Counted from the stretch's first letter, positions 1 to 9,558 are shown. The stretch: DNA of 17,958 nucleotides from Octopus sinensis (GCF_006345805.1 NW_021824743.1:1-17958); one strand, 5' to 3'. Notes: generated by a model not told the origin, from the sequence alone. A program made the numbers and translations.

Positions 1-243
1 GGGCGATTGAAAGATGGATGTACCTAATACTTCTTAACACGCAAATTAAAATACACCTTGATGTCTTATTCTATAAACATCAGTTTATGTAATAGCAATG
101 ATTACATAACATTGGCAAATGATGCGATTACAAAATCTATAGGTTACATAAACTTAGCAAAGCTAGAAATATTGAGAAAATAGATTGAAGCACGAACTTT
201 GAAGTTAATTATATGTGTAGTTATACAGTATGTCCACCCTATA

Positions 244-258
244 TGTGTGTGTGTGTGT

Positions 259-311
<53 letters not shown>

Positions 312-677
312 TGTGTGTGTGTGTTGTGTGTGTGTGTATGTGTGCTGTGATACTTGTATATTGATCTGTATCATTATAGAGCTTTGTACAGACACAGCTA
401 ACACATCGAGCACATGCATATGTCTGTATGTCTGTATGTAAGCAGACGCGCGCTCGCGCACACATATGCTAACGTACATATGTAAATGAATGTGTAATGG
501 ATATATGCGTACATATGCGTTGTTGTACTTATAAATATATGTATATAACATGCACACACACATACATATAGACACACACACACACACATATATATATATA
601 TTATATATACATATATACATACATATATATATATACATATATACATACACACATACATACATACATACATACATACA

Positions 678-713
<36 letters not shown>

Positions 714-720
714 TATACAT
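244..720. repeat. Compound microsatellites (GT)n, (CA)n, (TA)n, (CATA)n
   Basis: Read directly. They explain the low-complexity ORFs 144-746, 199-441, 205-465, 398-706 and 550-762. Confidence 0.95.
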
Positions 721-828
721 AATGTGAGGTATACTTGCCATCTCAATATGGCTAACCATTAAGGGTGGGTGTTACTGTAGCTTGTAGCCCCAGGAGAACA
801 TATTGAGATGGCAAGTATACCTCACATT
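721..828. repeat. 30-bp perfect inverted repeat with 48-nt spacer
   Basis: 721-750 AATGTGAGGTATACTTGCCATCTCAATATG is the exact reverse complement of 799-828. Confidence 0.9.
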
Positions 829-885
829 GTCGTGCAGTTACTGTTTATACCTCGTTCAGAGTTTATTTATATATATATATATATA

Positions 886-2389
886 GGGTGCGGTGAATAA
901 ATTGTCCTCTAAATTACGCAAAAATGAAAATAACACTGACATTTCGTTTTAATAGAAATATTTACCAAAATTACATTGAAATATCTTCAAATATCAAAAA
1001 GTAAATTTATTCAATAAAATCACCATTGGCTTCAACCACGGTCTCCAGACGACTTTGAAATTTCCTGCAACTCTTCTGGACAGTCTCCTTGCTTAAGTTG
1101 GTGAATGCTGTCATAATCCTTGTCTTCAGTTGATCTTTGGTGTTACAAGCAGTTTTGTTGGTCTCTCGCTCAACTGCATTTCATACATAATAATCAAGGG
1201 GTTCGCAGCCTGGGGAGTTAGATGGCCAGGTTTTAGGGGTGGTGTGGTCACAGAAAATATCTGGCAGTCATAACTGTGTTCTGTTTTTTTTCGCATGGTG
1301 TAGAGTCCTGTTGCCAGATATAGGGTCTTCCGGCAGCCACCCTCTTGATCCAGGGCCGCACTACCTCTTCCAGGTACTTGGTATAGGCCTCCGCGTTGAG
1401 TCTGTGGCCGTGTGGGAAGATAAATGAATGCATAACGTCGCCATCACTAGCGATCATTCCAAACACCATGATATTGATGTTTGATTTTTATCACTCTAGA
1501 CACATGTTTTGGGTACACAACAAGTCAATGGTTGTTCTGTTTGTTCACCATGTGCTGAAAATATCTGGCAGTCATAACTGTGTTCTGTTTTTTTCGCATG
1601 GTGTAGAGTCCTGTTGCCAGACATAGGGTCTTCCAGCAGCCACCCTCTTGACCCAGGGCCGCTTGTAACACCAAAGATCAACTGAAGACAAGGATTATGA
1701 CAGCATTCACCAACTTAAGCAAGGAGACCGTTCAGAAGAGTTGCAGGAGATTCCGAAGTCGTCTGGAGACCGTGGTTGAAGCCAATGGTGATTTTATTGA
1801 ATAAATTTACTTTTTGATATTTGAAGATATTTTAATGTAATGTTCACCATGTGCTGAAACGTTTCTCGTTTGAAAAAACCCCAAAACCAGTGTATGTTCA
1901 GTTGGAGGGGATGCGTGAGTTTCTTCAAAAGATTCGTAGCGCGGTCTTTCCTGTCCTTGATGGCTTGGGATAAAAACTGACCGTCTGTCATCTTGTATGA
2001 GGAATACCGAATGTTTTCATGCAATACCTGCCTGATAAGTAAGACACTTCCATATCCCTGGGGATGGACCTGATTGATTTGGAGGGATCGTTTTCAATCA
2101 TGGCCTGGATCTTTTCTTATTGGATGTATTCTTATTACAATGATCAGAGTGAGTTTTCTGAGCTGCCGTACCTTCGTAATCACCTTTAGACTCATCCAAC
2201 TCTTTTCGAATCCCCTGTGCTCTCTTCAGATTAACATCCAAACACTCTGAAGTATTGGAACTTCCACCACCACCATCACCATTTCCAAATTTCTAGCTGA
2301 GTGAATTGCGTGTGCCCAACTGACCCTTCTATACTATGTAGTCAACAACATCAAAAAAAACCAAATGGTGACAATTTACCCATCGCACC
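886..2389 (-). mobile_element. Tc1/mariner superfamily DNA transposon, DD37D (maT) family, defective
   Basis: Imperfect TIRs (left GGGTGCGGTGAATAAATTGTC; right GACAATTTACCCATCGCACC) are flanked by TA on both sides. Minus-strand transposase fragments: HENIRYSSYKM..GQFLSQA..KDRA..LLKKL.HPLQ, MVFGMIASDGDVMHSFIFPHGHRLNAEAYTKYLEEVVRPWIKRVAAGRPYIWQQDS, and TWPSNSPGCEPLDYYV*NAVERETNKTACNTKDQLKTRIMTAFTNLSKETVQKSCRKFQSRLETVVEANGDFIE*. Confidence 0.9.
1014..2270 (-). pseudogene. DD37D transposase pseudogene
   Basis: Frameshift in an A-run after QQDSTPC, two Trp-to-TGA stops, a degenerate first-Asp (FSDE) region, and an interrupting insertion at 1561-1840. The 5' boundary is approximate. Confidence 0.85.
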
Positions 2390-2400
2390 TACCAACAGTA

Positions 2401-2789
2401 TCTCTCTATATATAACCGGCAGTTTGTCTGTGCGTGTTTTTCTGTTGTCTGTTTGCTTGTATACCTCACCCCGACCACGGCTTTCAACCGATTCTGATGA
2501 AACTTGACACACACATACCCAATTCTAATTCAAACTAACCTAACGCAGCCAAAATTTTGAAAAGTTTCCCCAGTTCTGAAAAAAATCGATAAATTCGACA
2601 TGGGGTCGAGAATCAGAAACACGAACCACAAACTGTCTAGGGGACGCAACTCCATCCTTTTTTAACTCTCAAAAAAAAATTTACCATCATTTTTTCCCAT
2701 TTTTTTGCTATTTTTTGGCTATAACTCTCTAAAAATGCTTTATAGTTATTTCCCTTACAAACCTGAGCAACGCCGGGCGATACTGCTAG
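2401..2789 (+). mobile_element. Non-autonomous Helitron-like element (389 bp)
   Basis: Begins A|TC (TCTCTCTATATATAA) and contains a (CTGT)-like tract and an ACCGATTCTGATGAAACTT core. It ends with a subterminal GC hairpin (CCTGAGCAACGCCGGG) followed by CTAG|T. There is no TSD. These are Helitron terminal hallmarks. Confidence 0.75.
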
Positions 2790-2846
2790 TATTGGATAAA
2801 TATTATTCCTTAGTGGTTGGATCCACAACCCCTAACCTTACATGGT

Positions 2847-2847
2847 G

Positions 2848-2918
<71 letters not shown>

Positions 2919-3008
2919 TAATAATATAATATTATATATATATATATATTATATATATATATATATATTATATATATATGTATATATATATATATAGTAT
3001 ATATATAT
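2847..3008. repeat. (TA)n microsatellite
   Basis: Read directly. Confidence 0.95.
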
Positions 3009-3188
3009 GCGCAGGAGTGGCTGTATGGTAAGTAGCTTGCTAACCAACGACATGGTTCCGGTTCAGTCCCACTGCGTGGCATCTTGGGCAAGTATCTTCT
3101 GCTATAGCCCCGGGCCGACCAATGCCTTGTGACATGGATTTGGTAGACGGAAACTGAAAGAAGCCTGTCGTATATATGTATATATATA

Positions 3189-3226
<38 letters not shown>

Positions 3227-3449
3227 ATGTTGTGTGTCTGTGTTTGTCCCCCTAGCATTGCTTGACAACCGATGCTGTGTGTGTTTACGTCCCCGTTACT
3301 TAGCGGTTCGGCAAAAAGGGAGCGATAGAATAAGTACTGGGCTTACAAAGAATAAGTTCTGGGGTTGATTTGCTCGACTAAAGGCGGTGCTCCAGCATGA
3401 CCGCAGTCAAATGACTGAAACAAGTAAAAGAATAAAAGAATAAAAGAAT
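3009..3449 (+). mobile_element. tRNA-type SINE family A (internal TA/GT microsatellite, GAATAAAA tail), full length
   Basis: A-box-like TGGCTGTATGGT and B-box-like GGTTCAGTCC head. Near-identical to the copy at 14783-15256 and to several partial copies. Confidence 0.9.
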
Positions 3450-3470
3450 ATATATATATATATATATATG

Positions 3471-3521
<51 letters not shown>

Positions 3522-3819
3522 ATTTATATATATACACACACGTGTAAATAGAAAATACACTCATTAAAATGACTATATCAGTGGCTAGCGTATAAAACAC
3601 CACCATATCGGTAAAATTAATTTTTAAGTATACAATTATTAAAAGATATAATTACAATTATACATATATATATCGATTTTCTACATATGTATATACAACC
3701 GCACATGCACGCTTTCACTCAAAGGCAACATACATACATACATACATTCCAACACATTCGCGCGCGGACACTCTCACTCTCACACACACACATATATATA
3801 TATATATAACTATACATAC

Positions 3820-3966
3820 AGCTCTTAGTTCGCTGATGGAATGAAGAATCTTGTTATGCAATTCCCGCCGTTTCAGCTCTTCGCATTCTAGAAAATCCAG
3901 GGCGAATATTCTTCCACTTAATCCCCTGTCAATGTCGCTATTCTGCAACATACCGATTTTCTTATC
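3820..3966 (-). CDS. Candidate internal exon (147 bp, phase 0-0): DKKIGMLQNSDIDRGLSGRIFALDFLECEELKRRELHNKILHSISELRA
   Basis: Unique non-repeat sequence, open frame, acceptor cacttgcag| (weak pyrimidine tract) and donor |gtatgt. Protein not recognised. Confidence 0.3.
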
Positions 3967-4098
3967 CTGCAAGTGTATTCTCTCATCACATTAACGAACC
4001 TACGAGGATCCCTCTATATGGTCGTTTGATATGCTAGAAATAGCAGGCACCCAATTCTGTCTTAAATGCCTGCTTATTTATTTTAGAAATTGTTCACT

Positions 4099-4500
4099 GG
4101 CATGGCTGTGTGGTTAACAAGTTCGCTTTGCAGCTATGTGGTTTTGAGTTCGGTTCACTGTGCGGCTCCTTGGGAGAGTGCTTTCTACTATAGCCCCTAG
4201 GCTGACCAACGCCTTGTGAATGAATTTGGTAGACGGAAAGGAAACAATGAAAGTCCTTTCTACTATAAGCTCAAGGCTTGAAATTTGGCGGGAGGAGGCC
4301 TGTCGATTATATCGCCCCCAGTGAGCAACTGGTACTTAATTTATCGACCCTGAAAGAATGAAAGGCAAAATCGACCTCAGCGGAATTTGAACCCAGAACG
4401 TAAAGACAGGCGAAATACCGCTAAGCATTTCGCCCGCCGTGCTAACGATCCTGCCAGTTCATAGCCTTGTAAACAATGAAAGTCCGCCGTACATTTATAT
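4099..4500 (+). mobile_element. SINE family A 5' half, degenerate, interrupted by a family-B SINE
   Basis: GGCATGGCTGTGTGGTT...GCCTTGTGAATGAATTTGGTAGACGGAAA matches the family A head. Confidence 0.7.
4257..4470 (-). mobile_element. SINE family B with 15-bp TSD
   Basis: AAACAATGAAAGTCC at 4242-4256 and 4471-4485. The body matches copies at 7949-8140 and 13870-14093. Confidence 0.85.
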
Positions 4501-4562
4501 ATATCTATATATATATCTATATAGATATATAGATATAGATACACACACACACATACACACGC

Positions 4563-5248
4563 ACAAAGTTAAAACATGGTCTGGTTTTCACGTTTTTTAT
4601 ATTGGTATTTAAAAAAATATTTTTTTTACAGTGTTGAAGTGTGCTAAACATTAAAAAATATCTTTTAATGTTCATAAAGTTCAATTACCGCTTTCATACG
4701 TTCGTTGTAATCATCAGATTTTAAAATGTATTTAATCAACAGTTGAGTTCTTGACAACTGTATTAAAATTACTGATGCCTTCCTTTTTGTACCTCTTAGA
4801 AGGCTCCAACAAGCTACATTTTTGGAAACGGTTTTGACCAATCCGCATGCATCTTAAAGGCCACGGTTTGTCGGGCGTACCGATATTACTGGCATAGATC
4901 CCGCCTTTATTTTAACCAATTAACTTGCGGTTTATATGTAATGGTCTTATGAGTGAGCAAATTTAGTTGGTTTCCATCGTATTTCAATTGGTGGGTGTTT
5001 TCTGTAATTTGCTTATATTCATATGTTAAAGATATTTTTTAACCTACATCATTAACTGGTTGTTATATTATTGTTATTTCCGTTCATAACAGGTTTGAAC
5101 ATTTTAATAAACCGTTTTTCTTTTTTATCTTTCTTCCAGTTTCACTAGTGTCATGGAGTTTGTAGAAAGGAAAAATTACAAGCACTTCCTAGCAGATGTT
5201 TCTATATGTTCGCTCAGTGGAATTTGGCGAACATTAGTGTCCTGGATC
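4563..5248 (-). mobile_element. Penelope-like element remnant no. 2 (3' end of GIY-YIG ORF plus 3' UTR), 5'-truncated
   Basis: Minus strand, with frameshifts, reads IQDTNVRQIPLSEHIETSARK / VIFPFYKLHDTSETGRKIK / EKRFIKMFKPVMN...* (stop 5052-5054). This resembles the PLE endonuclease C-terminus (EK.FI..FKP.LN). The element is bounded by microsatellites. Confidence 0.65.
4683..4720 (-). ncRNA. Degenerate minimal type-I hammerhead-like motif
   Basis: Reverse complement: AAT CTGATGA TTAC-aacgaac-GTAT GAAA GCGG TA ATT. It has a 3-bp helix I, a TAC/GTA helix II, and a helix III one substitution away from palindromic. Confidence 0.4.
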
Positions 5249-5251
5249 ATA

Positions 5252-5288
<37 letters not shown>

Positions 5289-5293
<5 letters not shown>

Positions 5294-5490
5294 AATCCAA
5301 ACATGAACAAAAAGAAAACACAACAACGCGAGAACGTTCAGCAAGTATAGTGTTATTGGACGCTCAGGAAAGGAAAGAAAGGAGGATTTAACGTTTCGAG
5401 CGGAGCTCTTCGTCAGTAGCATATAAAAAGGAAAGGTTCAAGGAAGGGAAGACGGAGAGAGAAAATCGCCAACGATACCCACGCGGTCAC
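5289..5490 (-). mobile_element. ~200 bp non-coding element carrying a hammerhead motif (PLE pLTR-derived or retrozyme-like)
   Basis: Lies between (TA)n and (CA)n tracts and contains the hammerhead core at 5387-5420. Confidence 0.6.
5387..5420 (-). ncRNA. Minimal type-I hammerhead ribozyme motif, helix I disrupted in this copy
   Basis: Reverse complement: gcta CTGACGA A GAGC-tcc-GCTC GAAA CG TT AAA. It has a perfect 4-bp helix II and a palindromic AACGTT helix III. Confidence 0.65.
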
Positions 5491-5503
5491 GCGCACGCAC
5501 ACA

Positions 5504-5571
<68 letters not shown>

Positions 5572-5629
5572 GGAGGACGGGGTGATTTTCCTTTGTACCT
5601 ATCAATTACTGCACTTGACAGCAGTTCCA

Positions 5630-5745
5630 CTAAAGAGAAGAATAGCACAAGTATCAACCTTAAAGAAGAAAATAAGTACCGGGATCGATTTCAAGGCGGT
5701 GCCCCAGTATGGTTGCAGTCCAATGACTGAATGAAGTAGAATATA
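5630..5745 (+). mobile_element. SINE family A-related 3' fragment
   Basis: ATAAGTACCGGGATCGATTT...AAGGCGGTGCCCCAGTATGGTTGCAGTCCAATGACTGAA resembles 3340-3425. Confidence 0.6.
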
Positions 5746-6034
5746 AATGATGAAACAACAGGATAATTTGAACTGAGAATTAAATGGTACCTAAGGAAAG
5801 AAGCAAATATGAACAAAATTAAACAAACAGGCATGAGTTGCATGCCATTTGATCCTAAACGTGCTTCGTAATAGCTGACTTATGGTTAAGCAACATCAAC
5901 AACAACAACAAACACTATCGTGTTTTAATGCCCTTAATATAGTGTTATATACTGCGTATTAATATTTCCATACACAGTACAATAACTGCTCTTTACACCC
6001 AATTGTATCGCTTCTTTAAGATATACTAAGATTG

Positions 6035-6600
6035 CTCTGTACGCCATGCTATCATGGCTCTCTACACTATACTTTCATGGTTTTCTATGCTCTACTATGA
6101 TGGCTTTCTACTCTATATATATCTATGGCTTTCTACGTTAAATTATGATGGCTCCCTACACTGTACTATGATTCTTTTCTACGCCGTACTATATCGGCTT
6201 TCTACGCTTTACTATGATGGCTTTCTACGCTATACTATGATGGCTTTCTACACTATACTAGGCTTGCTCTCAACCCTATAATATTATGGCTTTCTACTGT
6301 ATAATATGATTGCTCTCTACGCTCTATTATTATGGTTTGCTACGCTATACTATGATGGTTCTATACTCTATATTATTATGTCTTTCTATGTTATTCTATG
6401 ATGGCTCTCTACGCTATATTAGTATGGTTTTCTACGTTATACTATGATAGCTCTCTACGCTATATTATTATATTTTTTCCCGCTATACTATGGTGGCTCT
6501 CAACGCTTCACTATGAAAACTTTCTACACTGTATTATGATGTTTCTGTACGCTATACTATGATATCTTCGCTGTACTATGATACGGCTTTGCGATATACT
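6035..6600. repeat. Degenerate 23-bp minisatellite, consensus ~CTATGATGGCTTTCTACGCTATA, roughly 24 units
   Basis: Adjacent near-exact units around 6212-6257, with periodic ATGATGGCTTTCTAC throughout. Confidence 0.85.
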
Positions 6601-6639
6601 AATCCCCTTGCGATAAACTTCTTCAATTTCCGCCCACCA

Positions 6640-6772
6640 ACTCCACTGACAAGAGTTTAGTATATCCAAGGCTATAGTAAAAGAGGTTTCCTCAAGGTGC
6701 CACGCAACAGAATTGAACTCAAGACCACATAATTACGAAGCAACCTTCTTACCACACAGCCATGCCTGCGCC
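6640..6772 (-). mobile_element. SINE family A head fragment
   Basis: CTTACCACACAGCCATGCCTGCGCC is the reverse complement of the family A 5' end. Confidence 0.7.
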
Positions 6773-6984
6773 ATCCGCGCTTGCGCCTACCCACGCCTGC
6801 AATCTCACCACATAATTTGTAAATGCAAGAGTTTAATAAAGAATGAAGGGAAGTGTTTTCGGAACTGTACGATGTAAGTGATTTTGTGAGTGACTGAGCG
6901 TTGAAATCATAGCTATAACACCGTGGAAGATAAATATTAGACATTCAAAATCTGTGAACTTCATTTAAACATTTATTTGCTTAG

Positions 6985-7074
6985 AAGTGGGTGTTGTTTG
7001 GAAGTGATTACGAGGAGGTGGTTGATGTGGACGGGGAAAAAGTTCACCGGGTAGAAATTGATTTCGGATCCTGA
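6985..7074 (+). CDS. Candidate terminal exon: KWVLFGSDYEEVVDVDGEKVHRVEIDFGS*
   Basis: Acceptor atttatttgcttag| and an open frame to TGA with protein-like composition. No homolog recognised. Confidence 0.15.
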   Translation, partial: KWVLFGSDYEEVVDVDGEKVHRVEIDFGS

Positions 7075-7124
7075 AATGATTGCATAACATATGTCGTCTC
7101 TACACTTCTTCGTCTGACTGTTGA

Positions 7125-7620
7125 AACCACCACTACCATCACCACCATCACCGCTGCCGCATCCACCAAAACTACTACCACCACCACCACCACTCTCATC
7201 ATCATCGTCGTCGTCGTCGTCGTCATCTTCACCACCACCAACACCAAAACCATAATCATCCCCTTTTCCCTCCTCCGCCTCCTCATCAGTATCACCATCA
7301 CCACCAACACCACAGTCTTTTTCATCAACATCGTTATCATCATCATCATCATCATCAATAGAATCACTGATACCACCACCACCACCACCACCACCATTTT
7401 CATCTCAGCTACTACTACTACCATCGCTACCCTCATCACCACAACTACCACAACCACCACAACCTTAAGCTCTTCACCGCAGACACTGCTACTACCACAT
7501 CATCACCAACGCCACCACCACCATCACAAACATCACCATCAGCATCTCCACCAGCACCAGCACTAGCACCAGCACCACCACAACCACCACCACCACCACC
7601 ACCACCATACTACCACCACT
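7125..7620. repeat. (CAC/CAT/CGT)n degenerate trinucleotide tract
   Basis: Read directly. It gives the poly-Val/Met ORF 7044-7460. Confidence 0.9.
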
Positions 7621-7791
7621 CCTAATTAGGAGCCCAGAATTGACTTCAAAAGATGTCACCCAGCGGAATGGTTCATTTTACAATATTTTTGATAATAATC
7701 AGAAATAGCAACAGGGGAACTCATTTATGAGAAACGGTTTGCGATGTATAACTGTATTTATAGGCAAACGATACTCGAGATCAAATCTTAC

Positions 7792-7891
7792 TCCTACGCC
7801 TGTCATATCTATATCACTAATGGACCCTGGGGTACATGGGTGTATTGCTTTCCTCAGGAAAATCTTCTGTGATGTCATCATGAGATGGCGC
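7792..7891 (-). CDS. Candidate exon (100 bp): RHLMMTSQKIFLRKAIHPCTPGSISDIDMTGVG, or in another frame a terminal exon APSHDDITEDFPEESNTPMYPRVH*
   Basis: Strong acceptor ttcttcatcttgtctgtttttttttaag| and donor GGA|gtaaga in unique sequence. Confidence 0.3.
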
Positions 7892-7948
7892 CTTAAAAAA
7901 AAAACAGACAAGATGAAGAATTCGTTGCTAATATTTTTATTTCATGAT

Positions 7949-8140
7949 AAGGCAGTGAAATGCTTAGCGCCATTACTGTCCGTCTTTACATTCCGAGTTC
8001 AATCAAATTCAACCGAGATCGACTTTGCCTTTCATTCTTTCGGGGTCGATTGAAATAAGTACTAGTTGAGCATTGGGGTCGATGTAATCGACTTATCTTC
8101 TCCTACAAAATTACTGGCCTTGTGCCAAAATTTGAAACCG
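7949..8140 (+). mobile_element. SINE family B, internally deleted head; a further head fragment at ~8150-8200
   Basis: GAAATGCTTAGC...GAGATCGACTTTGCCTTTCATTCTTTCGGGGTCGAT...GGGGTCGATGTAATCGAC...GGCCTTGTGCC. Confidence 0.8.
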
Positions 8141-8291
8141 TTATAAGGTCGTCAGCTGACAGAATCGTTAGCACACCGGGCAAAATGCTTAGCAGTACCA
8201 TTTTTTTTGCTCTGCCAAGTCCATACTTATTGCAAAGTGTCAAATGGACAATTCTTGCTATATTGTCATGACGTCTCTAATATTCTTTCTA

Positions 8292-8675
8292 GGAGGCGCA
8301 ATGGCCCACTGGTTAGGGCAGCGGACTCGCGGTCATAGGATCGCGATTTCGATTTCCAGACCGGGCGTTGTGAGTGTTTATTGAGCGAAAACACCTAAAG
8401 CTTCACGAGGCTCCGGCAGGGGATGGTGGTGATCCCTGCTGTACTCTTTCACCACAACTTTCTCTCACTCTTACTTCCTGTTTCTGTTGTACCTGTATTT
8501 CAAAGGGCCGGCCTTGTCACTCTCTGTGTCACGCTGAATATCCCCGAGAACTACGTTAAGGGTACACGTGTCTGTGGAGTGCTCAGCCACTTACACGTTA
8601 ATCTCACGAGCAGGCTGTTCCGTTGATTCAGATCAACCGGAACCCTCGTCGTCGTAACCGACGGAGTGCTTCCAT
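8292..8675 (+). mobile_element. tRNA-derived SINE family C, full length, 11-bp TSD
   Basis: tRNA-like head GGAGGCGCAATGGCCCACTGGTTAGGGCAGCGGACTCGCGG...TTCGATTTCCAGACCGGGCG. TSD TATTCTTTCTA at 8281-8291 and 8676-8686. Confidence 0.88.
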
Positions 8676-8684
8676 TATTCTTTC

Positions 8685-8686
<2 letters not shown>

Positions 8687-8746
<60 letters not shown>

Positions 8747-8757
8747 TATTATTATTA

Positions 8758-8801
<44 letters not shown>

Positions 8802-8959
8802 TATGTTTGCTTTAAAACTTGAGATTACATAGAAAGTATTTTGGGTAGGATATGAGCAGTTCCCATGAGCACTATCTTTTGAATTTCTGCCATTTTGGGG
8901 TTTCCTGGTATCTGAGTTAGGTAGCAATCAGCCCCCTTTGCTATCATTCCCAGGGCACC
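8687..8959 (-). mobile_element. R4/Dong-like (RLE) non-LTR retrotransposon 3' fragment with (AAT)n tail
   Basis: Minus strand reads GALGMIAKGADCYLTQIPGNPKMAEIQKIVLMGTAHILPKILSM*, followed by a short UTR and (AAT)n. Confidence 0.75.
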
Positions 8960-8960
8960 T

Positions 8961-9346
8961 ATTATTATCATTATTATTATTATTATTGATTGCCTTTACA
9001 CAGCTTCTAACGATGGAGATATACTACAGTGTCAGCTATTCACTACAGGTGAACTAAGGTAACACCTCTTACCTTTCGAACGCTTCCGGAGTATTCGAGC
9101 GGTTCCAAGCAGTGCTGTTTTCTGCAAATGCTCCACCCCTATTGCAGCCCCTATTTGTTCCACGTACTTCTCGAGATTTTTGATCACTGTTCCCAGGGAT
9201 CCAACAATTATTGGTACTATTGCTACCTTTTCCATCGACCACAACTGCTTAACTTCCCAAGCTAACCTGTCATGTCTCTCGACTTTTCTTTCTTCCTTAT
9301 CGCATAACTTGTTGTCAGCTGGGCATGCTATATCTATTATTATCAA
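8961..9346 (-). mobile_element. Second R4/Dong-like RLE LINE 3' fragment, different subfamily, within (AAT)n
   Basis: ORF 9032-9346: IIDIACPADNKLCDKEERKVERHDRLAWEVKQLWSMEKVAIVPIIVGSLGTV...LQKTALLGTARILRK, a restriction-like endonuclease C-terminus (D..E..K..Y/H..L; VP.IVG.LG). AAT repeats lie on both sides. Confidence 0.85.
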
Positions 9347-9358
9347 TATTATTATTAT

Positions 9359-9558
9359 TAAGACTATAAAGGACCGAGTAACTCATCCAGAAGTTATACA
9401 CAAATAAATAGAAGAGTGCCATATCATGTGAAATTGGTTGAACAATATTTCGGCATCTAGCGTGCTTTCCACTGGTTCCAAATTATATGTCAGTCTACTT
9501 CATGTTTTGTTAAGACTTTATAGGTCCGAGGTAACTCATCCAGAAGTTATACACAAAT
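9359..9558. repeat. ~48-bp imperfect direct repeat, 151 bp period
   Basis: TTAAGACT..A.AGG.CCGAG(G)TAACTCATCCAGAAGTTATACACAAAT at ~9359-9406 and ~9510-9558. Confidence 0.8.

Noticed and set aside
144-762. 200-aa and overlapping ORFs (YVCM/HTHT repeats); likewise ORFs at 2705-3268, 13398-13849, 14876-15212 and 17692-17895
   Set aside because: They are translations of dinucleotide and tetranucleotide microsatellites and SINEs.
2488-2510. CTGATGA in the Helitron as a hammerhead core
   Set aside because: No helix II, GAAA or helix III follows. It is part of the Helitron core motif.
5115-5250. Strong plus-strand acceptor (polypyrimidine + CAG at 5139) and ORF 5153-5350
   Set aside because: It is the antisense of the purine-rich PLE remnant, has no good donor and runs into (TA)n.
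7044-7460. 138-aa poly-Val/Met ORF (poly-His/Thr on the other strand)
   Set aside because: Trinucleotide low-complexity tract with no splice or domain support.
8292-8366. tRNA gene
   Set aside because: It is the tRNA-derived head of a SINE, with a continuous 300-bp body and a TSD.
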